From Candidatus Peregrinibacteria bacterium CG_4_10_14_0_2_um_filter_38_24 (GTDB lineage: Bacteria > Patescibacteriota > Gracilibacteria > UBA1369 > LOWO2-01-FULL-3): a stretch of 64,000 nucleotides of DNA. The stretch spans positions 8,564-72,563 of the forward strand of contig PFOM01000039.1 of the NCBI GenBank assembly GCA_002792535.1, written 5' to 3'. Each line of letters begins with the position of its first letter. Positions within the stretch are counted from its first letter, which is position 1. This document shows, one piece after another, positions 8,202 to 18,353 of this stretch. The notes under the pieces are model-generated. The model saw only the letters and a program-made list of their open reading frames with translations, had not been told where the DNA came from and searched no databases. The translations under genes were made by a program, and so were the position numbers.

Positions 8202-9404
8202 ATGTCTTCAAAAAAAACTATAAAGATTTTAGTACCAGGCTCAAAAAGCATTGCTGCAAGAGCATTAATCCTTGCGGCACTTCACGACAAAAAGATTAAA
8301 ATTAAAAATATTCCTACATGCGATGATACAAAATATTTAATCAATGCACTAAAAAAACTTGAGAAAAAATCTTCAACAAAAAATAAAGATATAAAAATTT
8401 TCACAGGAAATGCTGGGACAACAACAAGATTTTTAACAGCATTTTGTGCGTTAAAAATTGACCCAAAACAAAAAGAGACAATAATTATATACGGAGATAA
8501 AAGGATGAACGAGCGACCGATAAAAGAGCTTACCTCAGCGCTAAACCAACTCGGAGCAAAAATAGAAACAACTGGCGGAAACAAAAAAAATTGTCCTCCA
8601 ATCAAAATATATCCATCAGAAATTACGGGCGGAAAAGTAAAAATTCGAGGAGATATAAGTAGTCAATATATTTCTGCGTTGATGATGATTTCGAAATTCA
8701 CGAAGAAAAAAACAACAATAAAAATAGAAAAAAAACTTTGCTCAAAACCATATATAAAAATCACAGAAAAACTTATAAAAGAGTTTGAGAATGAAAATTT
8801 AAAAAAATTCACCGTCGAAAGTGATGCCTCCTCGGCATCATACATCGGAGAATACGCCGCAATAAATCCTGACAAAAAAATAATACTCAAAAACCTCACA
8901 AAAAACTCGATTCAAGGAGATATAAAATTCTTGGAATATTTATCAAAAATGGGATGCAAAATCACTGAACACAAAAATTACACAGAAATTGAGGGAATGA
9001 GCACTATAAAGCCATTAAACAATATCGACATGAACGCAACTCCAGACCTCGTTATGACATTTTCAGTCCTCGCCATGTTCGCAAACGGAACGACAAAAAT
9101 AACACATATCAGCAATTTACGAATAAAAGAAACAGATCGCCTACAGGCACTCGAAAACGAAATAAAAAAATTCGGAATAAAAGTAAAAACAGGGAAAGAT
9201 TTCATAAAAATTCATGGAAATCCAAATTTAATTGCAAAAAAATATAAATCCCCTATCTCGATAAACACGTACAACGATCACAGAATTGCCATGGCATTTG
9301 GAGTATTAAATAGTAAAATACCAAAGCTAAAAATCGAGAATCCAAAATGCGTTTCAAAAAGTTATCCGACATTTTGGAAAGACTTAATTAAATTACAAAA
9401 ATGA
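8202..9404 (+). CDS. aroA: 3-phosphoshikimate 1-carboxyvinyltransferase (EPSP synthase)
   Basis: 400 aa with VPGSKSIAARALILAAL near the N-terminus, a LRIKETDRL segment, and DHRIAMAF near the C-terminus. Confidence 0.93.
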   Translation: MSSKKTIKILVPGSKSIAARALILAALHDKKIKIKNIPTCDDTKYLINALKKLEKKSSTKNKDIKIFTGNAGTTTRFLTAFCALKIDPKQKETIIIYGDKRMNERPIKELTSALNQLGAKIETTGGNKKNCPPIKIYPSEITGGKVKIRGDISSQYISALMMISKFTKKKTTIKIEKKLCSKPYIKITEKLIKEFENENLKKFTVESDASSASYIGEYAAINPDKKIILKNLTKNSIQGDIKFLEYLSKMGCKITEHKNYTEIEGMSTIKPLNNIDMNATPDLVMTFSVLAMFANGTTKITHISNLRIKETDRLQALENEIKKFGIKVKTGKDFIKIHGNPNLIAKKYKSPISINTYNDHRIAMAFGVLNSKIPKLKIENPKCVSKSYPTFWKDLIKLQK

Positions 9405-10543
9405 ATAGACCAATAATAATAATTTCAGTTTTCAACGGAATAGTAAGAATGCTAAAAACTTCCCTATTCTTTTTTTGGGGAATTTATTTTGCATCAATAG
9501 GGATGTCCGGGCTTGAGATAGGCACATTTTTCTCAGTAAACTCTTTCGCAAGCATACTGACTATATTACCATCAGGACTTTCAAACGACAGATTCAACTC
9601 AAAAACTTTAATATCAATTTCACTAGTCCTAGCCGCAGTATTCTATTTCGGGATGGCCTCTACAACATCATTTCCCCTACTCTTAGTTTTATCAGCATTG
9701 ATAGGAGTAAGCTTGAAAATATATGATTCTTCTTCAGACAGTCTTTTTTACAGAACCGCAGAAGCAGCAAATTTCAACAAACATTTAGGAACATTCCAAA
9801 GCTTCAATTATCTAACAATCTCTCTTGGAATAATGCTAACAGGCTACATAATCGGAGCAAACGTAGATTATGAAAATATATTCATCGGGGTAGCTGTGAT
9901 TTTCTTAATTTTAGCAATTTTAGGATTTTTTATTCTTCCAAAAAATGACACAACAAAATTCGAGATCATACATTACAAAAAAGACATTTTCAAAAAAGAC
10001 GTACTCGTTTTTCTGCTTGTAATAGGCCTATTCGCAATTCATTTCGGAGTTGAAGGGACATCTTATGGATTATTTTTGAAAGAAACTCTTCACCTCTCAT
10101 CTCTTCAAACTGGCTTGTACATGGGACTTGCGATCTTACCAATGGCAATAAGCAGTTTAATAATTTCAAAAAAATTAAAGAATTGGAAAGCTAAAAACGT
10201 ACTACTTTTTGGATTAATTTTAAGTGGATTCGGTCACATTTTGATGACAATAAAAATTGTAGAAATATCATTTTTATTCAGAACTATTCATGAGATAGGA
10301 GACTCAGCATTTTTCTTCTTCTTATACTACGGAGTTTCGAAGATATTCAACATGAAAAGAATCGGCGGGAACACCGGAATGATAAATTTTATTTCAGCGA
10401 TTGGAGGAGCAATTTCTTCAGCATTTTTCGGACCCATTGGAGAAAAGTTTGGATATGATATTCCAATTGCAGTAAGTGGGATCACATCATTATTAGCGGT
10501 AATCGTAGTCCTCTCATTCATAAAATATTTCGACCATAAATGA
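9401..10543 (+). CDS. MFS-type transporter embedded in the aro operon
   Basis: 380 aa and almost entirely hydrophobic, with about 10-12 helices by eye. Its start overlaps the aroA stop (ATGA at 9401..9404) and its stop overlaps the aroK start (ATGA at 10540..10543). Confidence 0.7.
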   Translation: MNRPIIIISVFNGIVRMLKTSLFFFWGIYFASIGMSGLEIGTFFSVNSFASILTILPSGLSNDRFNSKTLISISLVLAAVFYFGMASTTSFPLLLVLSALIGVSLKIYDSSSDSLFYRTAEAANFNKHLGTFQSFNYLTISLGIMLTGYIIGANVDYENIFIGVAVIFLILAILGFFILPKNDTTKFEIIHYKKDIFKKDVLVFLLVIGLFAIHFGVEGTSYGLFLKETLHLSSLQTGLYMGLAILPMAISSLIISKKLKNWKAKNVLLFGLILSGFGHILMTIKIVEISFLFRTIHEIGDSAFFFFLYYGVSKIFNMKRIGGNTGMINFISAIGGAISSAFFGPIGEKFGYDIPIAVSGITSLLAVIVVLSFIKYFDHK

Positions 10544-11118
10544 TAATAGCTCTAACAGGCCTTCGTGGCAGCGGTAAGACGAAAGTAGGCACAATCCTTG
10601 CCGAAAAACTCGGAGTAAAATTTCACGACTTAGATAAAGAAATTGAGAAAAAAATAAAAACGACCATCAAAGATTTTGTTGAAAAAAAAGGATGGAAATC
10701 TTTTCGAAAAATCGAAAGTGAAGTTTTAGAAAAATTGATAAAAAAATTAGAAACAAAGAAATCCGCAAAAGAAAAAATAACAATTTTATCTCTCGGCGGT
10801 GGAGCGATAATTCAAGAAAAAAACGCGAAATTACTGAAAAAAAACTGCTTCGTAATTTATCTACAAGACACTCCGGAAAACTGCACAAAAAAAATAACAG
10901 AATCGAACAAAAAACACGAACGAGACAATCGTCCATCTTTAACAAGCCAAAAAACACTCCTATCAGAAATGAAAGGACTCTACAAAACACGTCACAAAAT
11001 CTACAAAGAAAATGCAGACATCATCCTGAAAAGATCTGACGACGCAGAAAAAGATGTAAAAAGAATAATTAAAGAATTCCTGAAAAATTATCAGACACAA
11101 GGCGGCAGGAAAATCTAA
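10540..11118 (+). CDS. aroK: shikimate kinase
   Basis: 192 aa with the P-loop GLRGSGKTKVG, a DLD motif (FHDLDKEIE) and LSLGGGAI. It contains a K/E-rich insert relative to minimal shikimate kinases. Confidence 0.85.
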   Translation: MIIALTGLRGSGKTKVGTILAEKLGVKFHDLDKEIEKKIKTTIKDFVEKKGWKSFRKIESEVLEKLIKKLETKKSAKEKITILSLGGGAIIQEKNAKLLKKNCFVIYLQDTPENCTKKITESNKKHERDNRPSLTSQKTLLSEMKGLYKTRHKIYKENADIILKRSDDAEKDVKRIIKEFLKNYQTQGGRKI

Positions 11119-11159
11119 ATTCGCAGTGTGCATACTGTACATGAGAATTTAGATTTTCC
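11108..11159. repeat. 15-bp perfect inverted repeat (hairpin) spanning the aroK stop codon
   Basis: GGAAAATCTAAATTC (11108..11122) pairs with GAATTTAGATTTTCC (11145..11159) across a 22-nt loop. It lies between the convergent aroK and U32 genes. No T-tract follows on either strand. Confidence 0.8.
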
Positions 11160-11194
11160 GACAACGAAGTGTATGACAATTTTTCAGGAATTCT

Positions 11195-12439
11195 TTAGCA
11201 TTTCATTCGAAGCATCGCATACATAGGAATAGCTTTTTTATTACCTTTAAATGTAAGAATTCTATTTCCTGCTCCACCGTGGACTTCAGTTAGCGCAATT
11301 CCATCTACATCAGAAATCGCAGAAACCTCAACTTCGAAATTTTCATCAGGAGTCATCACTTCCAAAGTTTCTCCAACATTTAGTTTATTTTTGATGTCCA
11401 CGACGTAATCAGTTTTATTTTTCTCTTCAACAACCATTCCCATAAATTTTTTCTTCTGAAGAGGATTTCCTGCGGCATAATGAATATCCCCTGTCCCCGG
11501 AAACCCAAAAAGATATCCAGGAATAAAACCACGATTTGCAGTCGACTCAACCTCCGAAATCAAAGTTTCGTCAAATTTCTTACCAGCCAACATATCATCA
11601 ATCGCCTTTCTATAAGCCTTTACGACAGTCGCCAAATAATATTCACTTTTATTTCTTCCCTCAATTTTAAAACTACAAATTCCAGAATCATACAAATCCT
11701 TTATGTGAGGCAACAAACACATATCCTTTGAATTCATAAAATACGTTCCATGTTCATCTTCATCCACAGGAATCATTTCTCCCGGACGTTTTTCCTCTTC
11801 CAAATAAACTTTATATTTCCATCTACAGCTATGCGCACAAATCCCCTGATTACTATCACGACCCGTCATATAATTCGAAAGCAAACATCTTCCACTGTAC
11901 GCCATACAAATCGCTCCATGTACAAAAAATTCAAGTTCAACATTTGGAACATTTTGATGAATTTCATTTATCTCAGAAAGCATAAGTTCTCTCGGCAAAA
12001 TAATTCTTTCCGCACCTTGTTTACGCCAAAATTCAACAGCACGATAATTCAAAACATTCGCCTGCACCGACATATGAAGCGTTGCTTCAGGATAATGCTC
12101 CTTTATAAGCTCAAAAACGCCCGGATCCGCCACGATAATAGCATCAGGCTTCACTATCTCACGCACAAAGGTCAAATGCTTTTTAAACGCATCAATTTTA
12201 TTTCCACGAGGATAAATATTCATCGTCATGTACAAAGTCTTATTGTTTTTACGAATAAGATCAACAGCTTCCATCAAAGAATCCTGCGTAAAATTATTTG
12301 TACGACTTCTCATGCTAAAACTCGGCATACCCATGTAAAACGCATCAGCGCCATACATAAGCCCAATTTTCACCTTTTCCAAATTTCCTGCTGGCGCAAG
12401 AAGTTCCAGTTTCATCATTTTTTCTGTTTTCTTTATCAT
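11195..12439 (-). CDS. peptidase U32 family protein
   Basis: 414 aa with the N-terminus LELLAPAGNLEKVKIGLMYGADAFYMG and the Cys-rich motif EFFVHGAICMAYSGRCLLS, both characteristic of the U32 family. Confidence 0.88.
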   Translation of the reverse strand: MIKKTEKMMKLELLAPAGNLEKVKIGLMYGADAFYMGMPSFSMRSRTNNFTQDSLMEAVDLIRKNNKTLYMTMNIYPRGNKIDAFKKHLTFVREIVKPDAIIVADPGVFELIKEHYPEATLHMSVQANVLNYRAVEFWRKQGAERIILPRELMLSEINEIHQNVPNVELEFFVHGAICMAYSGRCLLSNYMTGRDSNQGICAHSCRWKYKVYLEEEKRPGEMIPVDEDEHGTYFMNSKDMCLLPHIKDLYDSGICSFKIEGRNKSEYYLATVVKAYRKAIDDMLAGKKFDETLISEVESTANRGFIPGYLFGFPGTGDIHYAAGNPLQKKKFMGMVVEEKNKTDYVVDIKNKLNVGETLEVMTPDENFEVEVSAISDVDGIALTEVHGGAGNRILTFKGNKKAIPMYAMLRMKC

Positions 12440-12449
12440 ACAAACACGG

Positions 12450-12477
12450 ATTTTACCCTAAAGTAAGCGATTGTCAA
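12450..12477 (-). promoter_or_regulatory. promoter for the U32 gene
   Basis: On the minus strand: TTGACA (12477..12472), a 16-nt spacer, then TAAAAT (12455..12450). The -10 ends 10 nt upstream of the ATG at 12439. Confidence 0.55.
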
Positions 12478-12518
12478 AACCAAATCAACAAAAGTTCATC
12501 TACTTTCAAAAACATTAG

Positions 12519-12527
12519 TGATATACT
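12519..12527 (+). promoter_or_regulatory. extended -10 (TGaTATACT) 6 nt upstream of the nadB ATG
   Basis: TG at 12519..12520 and TATACT at 12522..12527, with the ATG at 12534. The predicted transcription start falls at or next to the start codon. Confidence 0.5.
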
Positions 12528-12533
12528 TTTCGC

Positions 12534-14090
12534 ATGCAAACAAATTTCTTAGTAATCGGCTCGGGGATTTCAGGATTGAATTTTGCCTTACAAGCAGCAA
12601 AAAAAGGCAAAGTAACAATAGTCACAAAGAAAAAATTAATCGATTCAAACACAAACTTTGCACAAGGAGGAATCGCCGCAGTCCTAGACCAAACCGACAA
12701 TTTTGAAAAACACGTCGAAGACACATTGAAGGCTGGAGCATTCCACAACAATAAAAAAGCCGTTGAATTCATGGTGAAAAATTCCGCAGCAGCCATCTAC
12801 AGACTAATCGATTTAGGAGTTGAATTCCAAAAAGAAAACGGAAAACTTTCTCTCACAAAAGAAGGCGGACATTCACATAGAAGAATCGCGTTTGTGGGAG
12901 ACTACACAGGAAAAGAGATCGAAAGAATTTTGGTAAAACGCGTAAAAGAACATCCAAATATCACAATTTTGGAAGATGCATTTGCATTAAAATTACTCAC
13001 ACAAAAAAGTTTTTTCGGCGAGCGCACGGCGCGAGCGCGCAACAAGGCGAACAATCTGGCTTTGCCAGTTATGAGCCGAAGCGAGCTTTATAATAAAACA
13101 TGCATCGGGGCACAAATAATTCGCGGAAATAAAATCGAAAATATTTTAGCAGACCAAACAATTTTATCGACCGGAGGAGTCGGACAATTATTTTTACAAA
13201 CAACAAATCCGAGCATAGCCACAGGCGACGGAACCGCAATGGCAAGCCAAATTGGATGCAAAATAAAAGACATAGAATTTATACAATTTCATCCAACAGC
13301 GTTAAACAAAAACACATTTCCAAAATTTTTGATTTCAGAAACAGTCCGAGGAGAAGGCGCAAAATTAGTAAATGAAAAAGGAGAAAATTTTATGAAAAAC
13401 ACCCATCCACTAAAAGATCTTGCCCCTAGAGATATCGTCGCACGAGAAATTTATCAACAACAAAAAACTGGACAAGTTTTCTTAGATATACGACACAAAT
13501 CACGAGAATATTTAAAAAAACGCTTTCCACAAATATACGAAAAACTAAAAAAATTAAAAATCGACATGGCGAAAGATTTAATTCCTGTAACTCCTGCGGC
13601 ACATTATGAATGCGGCGGAATCGAAGTCGATTTAAACGGACAAACAAACGTAAAAAACCTCTTTGCATTTGGCGAAGTGACATGCACAGGAGTCCACGGC
13701 GCAAACAGATTAGCCTCAAATTCGCTTTTAGAAGCATTGGTTTTTAGCAATCAGGTAGCCAAAAATCTCACTCCAAACCAAAAGATCAAACAAACAGAAT
13801 TTGACGCACCAAAAATCCTAAGAAAAAATTCTAAAGAAACCCTTCTCGCAGAAAAACTAAAACAAGAAATCAAAAACATCATGTGGGAATACGCCGGAAT
13901 AATAAGAAACCTCAAAAGAATCAAAAAAGAAGCAATTCCAAAAATGGAACACATAGCGAAAGAACTCAAAAAAATGAACGGTACAAATCAAGAAATCGCA
14001 GAAACCTCAAACATGGCAATCACTTCCATACTCATCTTAAAAGCCGCATACAAAAGAAAGAAATCCATCGGATGCCACTTTGTAGAATAG
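12534..14090 (+). CDS. nadB: L-aspartate oxidase
   Basis: 518 aa with the FAD fold VIGSGISGL, the segment GDGTAMASQIGC...FIQFHPTAL, and CTGVHGANRLASNSLLE. It contains a GC-rich in-frame insert (see findings). Confidence 0.92.
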   Translation: MQTNFLVIGSGISGLNFALQAAKKGKVTIVTKKKLIDSNTNFAQGGIAAVLDQTDNFEKHVEDTLKAGAFHNNKKAVEFMVKNSAAAIYRLIDLGVEFQKENGKLSLTKEGGHSHRRIAFVGDYTGKEIERILVKRVKEHPNITILEDAFALKLLTQKSFFGERTARARNKANNLALPVMSRSELYNKTCIGAQIIRGNKIENILADQTILSTGGVGQLFLQTTNPSIATGDGTAMASQIGCKIKDIEFIQFHPTALNKNTFPKFLISETVRGEGAKLVNEKGENFMKNTHPLKDLAPRDIVAREIYQQQKTGQVFLDIRHKSREYLKKRFPQIYEKLKKLKIDMAKDLIPVTPAAHYECGGIEVDLNGQTNVKNLFAFGEVTCTGVHGANRLASNSLLEALVFSNQVAKNLTPNQKIKQTEFDAPKILRKNSKETLLAEKLKQEIKNIMWEYAGIIRNLKRIKKEAIPKMEHIAKELKKMNGTNQEIAETSNMAITSILILKAAYKRKKSIGCHFVE

Positions 14091-14092
14091 AA

Positions 14093-15169
14093 TTATTTCT
14101 CCCCTACCTTCTCAAGCATTTGCTCCTGATCCGCAGCGTGAAGACTTTCAACGATATCGTCGATTTCTCCCTCCATTATCGCAGGAATATTACTCCAACT
14201 TTTGTGAATTCTATGATCCGTGATTCGATCCTGAGGGAAATTATAAGTTCGAATTTTATCACTTCTATCTCCAGTTCCAATCTGACTTACACGGTTATCT
14301 CCACGTTCTTTCCTTAGTTTTTCCTCTTCTAGATCATACAATCTCGTCAAAAGAACTTTCATCGCCTTCGCCCTATTTTTAATCTGAGACCTCTCATCCT
14401 GACAAGTAACAACAACTCCAGTCGGAATGTGCGTGATACGAACCGCCGATTCAGTTTTGTTTACACTCTGCCCTCCACTTCCACCGGAACGATAAACATC
14501 AATCCTCAAATCATTCAAATTTATATTCACATCAACCTCTTCAGCCTCAGGAAGAACCGCAATGCTGGCCACAGACGTATGAATTCGCCCTTGGCTTTCC
14601 GTAACAGGCACTCTCTGAACACGATGAACACCACTTTCATATTTCAAAGAGCCATAAGCATTCTCTCCCATCACAGAAAAAACAATTTCCTTTATACACC
14701 CGGGATCCCCCTCACTTTTATCCATAATTTCAACCTTAAACCCATGATTTTCAGCAAAACGAAAATACATTCTGGAAAGTTCTCCAGCAAAAATTGCCGC
14801 TTCATCTCCACCAGCCCCAGCACGAATCTCAATAATACAATTTCTCGCATCATCAGGATTTTTCGGCAAAATTTCAAGCTTCGCAAGCTCATCAAGCTCA
14901 ATAATTCTCATATCAGCTTCACTCTTTTGCAACTCCGCCATCTCCCTAATTTCACTATCTTTTTCTTGCGCCAACATTTCCTCCGCATCCGCCTTCGCAT
15001 TCAAAACTTTTCTATATTCAAAAGTCAAAACATGAGCTTTCTCCAAAATCTTATATTTTCTAGACAAAGCTTTGTACTTTCCCAAGTCAGAAGTAACCAA
15101 AGGATCAGACAATTGATTCTGAATATCAAGATATTCCTTATCTATTTTTTCAAGCTTATCAAACAGCAT
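14093..15169 (-). CDS. prfA: peptide chain release factor 1
   Basis: 358 aa with the RF1-type P-x-T tripeptide (PVT) and the GGQ motif ([24 protein letters not shown]). Confidence 0.95.
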   Translation of the reverse strand: MLFDKLEKIDKEYLDIQNQLSDPLVTSDLGKYKALSRKYKILEKAHVLTFEYRKVLNAKADAEEMLAQEKDSEIREMAELQKSEADMRIIELDELAKLEILPKNPDDARNCIIEIRAGAGGDEAAIFAGELSRMYFRFAENHGFKVEIMDKSEGDPGCIKEIVFSVMGENAYGSLKYESGVHRVQRVPVTESQGRIHTSVASIAVLPEAEEVDVNINLNDLRIDVYRSGGSGGQSVNKTESAVRITHIPTGVVVTCQDERSQIKNRAKAMKVLLTRLYDLEEEKLRKERGDNRVSQIGTGDRSDKIRTYNFPQDRITDHRIHKSWSNIPAIMEGEIDDIVESLHAADQEQMLEKVGEK

Positions 15170-15178
15170 AATGTGGTT

Positions 15179-16069
15179 TTAATTTTTTTTCTTAACAAAG
15201 AATATTCTTTCAATTCCAGCCAAATCCTCTTCAATCCCCCTCTCATCTTGTTCAAAATATTTACTCAGCAACTCCCTCATCTTTTCCCCCTGATCAAAGC
15301 CAAATTCTCCAATCATTAGCTTAAACTTCACCTCCTTTTCCCTAATTTGCTGAAACATTTTTTTATACAACTCTAATCCATCATTCCCTCCAAAAAGTGC
15401 AAGGTTCGGCTCAAATTCTTCAACATTTTTTTCAACAAATCTATTTTCAACTTCTCCAATATAAGGCAAATTCGCAACAATGATATCACAAACCTCTCCG
15501 TCTTCCAAAAATTCAAGTAAATCACTTTGTAATGCCTGAACTTTGTCCTCAAGTCCGTGCTGATCAATATTGATTTTACAAACCTCAAGCGCATCTTCAC
15601 TTATATCCACCGCAAAAACCTCATCCAAAGGATCATCCAAATATTCCTGAAAATGCTTCGCAATAGAAATAGCAATACACCCACTTCCAGTTCCTACGTC
15701 CACAAGTTTCAATTTTTGACTTCCATCTACATATTTCACAACCCCCTCAAGAAATTTAATAACCATTTCAACTATCATTTCAGTTTCCGGCCTCGGCACC
15801 AGCACGCGTTTATCTACGAAAAAATCATTGCCATAAAACTCCTTATGACAAGTTATATACGCAACCGGTTCTCCCAAAGCAATTCGATCAGCATAAGAAT
15901 AAAAAACCAACGCATCCTCACCTGACACCTCTTCATCCCCATGCGCCAAAAGATATTCCTTAGAAACCCCAAGCAAATAAGCTAAAATGACCTCAACATC
16001 AAGAAAAGCGGCTTCCTTAACCAAAGAAATTTTGGAGTATCCGCTTTTAAGTAGTTCGCAAATTTGCAT
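15179..16069 (-). CDS. prmC: release factor glutamine N5-methyltransferase
   Basis: The frame is open to 16129, but that part collides with rpsU. The ATG at 16069 lies 1 nt after the rpsU stop. The SAM motif is VDVGTGSGCI. Motif IV reads NLPY (15461..15472) instead of NPPY. Confidence 0.85.
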   Translation of the reverse strand: MQICELLKSGYSKISLVKEAAFLDVEVILAYLLGVSKEYLLAHGDEEVSGEDALVFYSYADRIALGEPVAYITCHKEFYGNDFFVDKRVLVPRPETEMIVEMVIKFLEGVVKYVDGSQKLKLVDVGTGSGCIAISIAKHFQEYLDDPLDEVFAVDISEDALEVCKINIDQHGLEDKVQALQSDLLEFLEDGEVCDIIVANLPYIGEVENRFVEKNVEEFEPNLALFGGNDGLELYKKMFQQIREKEVKFKLMIGEFGFDQGEKMRELLSKYFEQDERGIEEDLAGIERIFFVKKKN

Positions 16070-16070
16070 C

Positions 16071-16277
16071 TTAGTAAAACTTGCTCTTCTCTTTTTGAGA
16101 CCGATAAGATTCACGCATAACCGCAACAATTCTTTTAAGCCTCTTTGTCGGAGCTTTTTTGTTGTATCTCCCCGAACGGACTTTCAAGAGTTTTCGGCTT
16201 GATTGAACCTTTTTGTTGAATCTTGTAACAAGTCTTTCGTTAGATTCTTTCTCATTTTTCCAGACTGTAACTCTCAT
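16071..16277 (-). CDS. rpsU: 30S ribosomal protein bS21
   Basis: 68 aa and very basic, with MRVTVWKNEKESNERLVTRFNKKVQSS...RSGRYNKKAPTKRLKR matching the bS21 pattern. Confidence 0.88.
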   Translation of the reverse strand: MRVTVWKNEKESNERLVTRFNKKVQSSRKLLKVRSGRYNKKAPTKRLKRIVAVMRESYRSQKEKSKFY

Positions 16278-16339
16278 AGATTATGATAATATTAAGCAAA
16301 AGAATTATATTCAAGTTTCTCGGAAACGCAAGGGAAGTT

Positions 16340-18289
<1,950 letters not shown>

Positions 18290-18302
18290 TTAAAGCAGAA
18301 AG

Positions 18303-18331
18303 ATTCTAGCATGCGAAATTTAGAATGTAAA
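18303..18331 (-). promoter_or_regulatory. promoter for gyrB
   Basis: On the minus strand: TTTACA (18331..18326), a 17-nt spacer, then TAGAAT (18308..18303). It lies about 38 nt upstream of the gyrB ATG (18265). Confidence 0.55.
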
Positions 18332-18353
18332 TGCGAGAGTTTTATAAGACAAA

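Noticed and set aside
9401-9404. Alternative genetic code (UGA reassigned, as in some candidate phyla)
   Set aside because: TGA functions as a stop in several tightly coupled ATGA junctions (aroA/MFS, MFS/aroK, tgt/ruvA, pyk/ruvC). Conserved proteins end at the expected lengths and have no in-frame TGA interruptions.
11750-12466. 238-aa plus-strand ORF in the six-frame track
   Set aside because: It is entirely antisense to the well-supported U32 peptidase gene. The translation is F/I/H/R/N-rich low-complexity sequence, typical of the T-rich complement of A-rich genes in this genome.
14429-15319. 296-aa plus-strand ORF
   Set aside because: It is antisense to prfA and prmC, whose motifs (GGQ, PVT, SAM-binding loop) are unambiguous. 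Its composition is F/I/L/N/S-rich with no motif.
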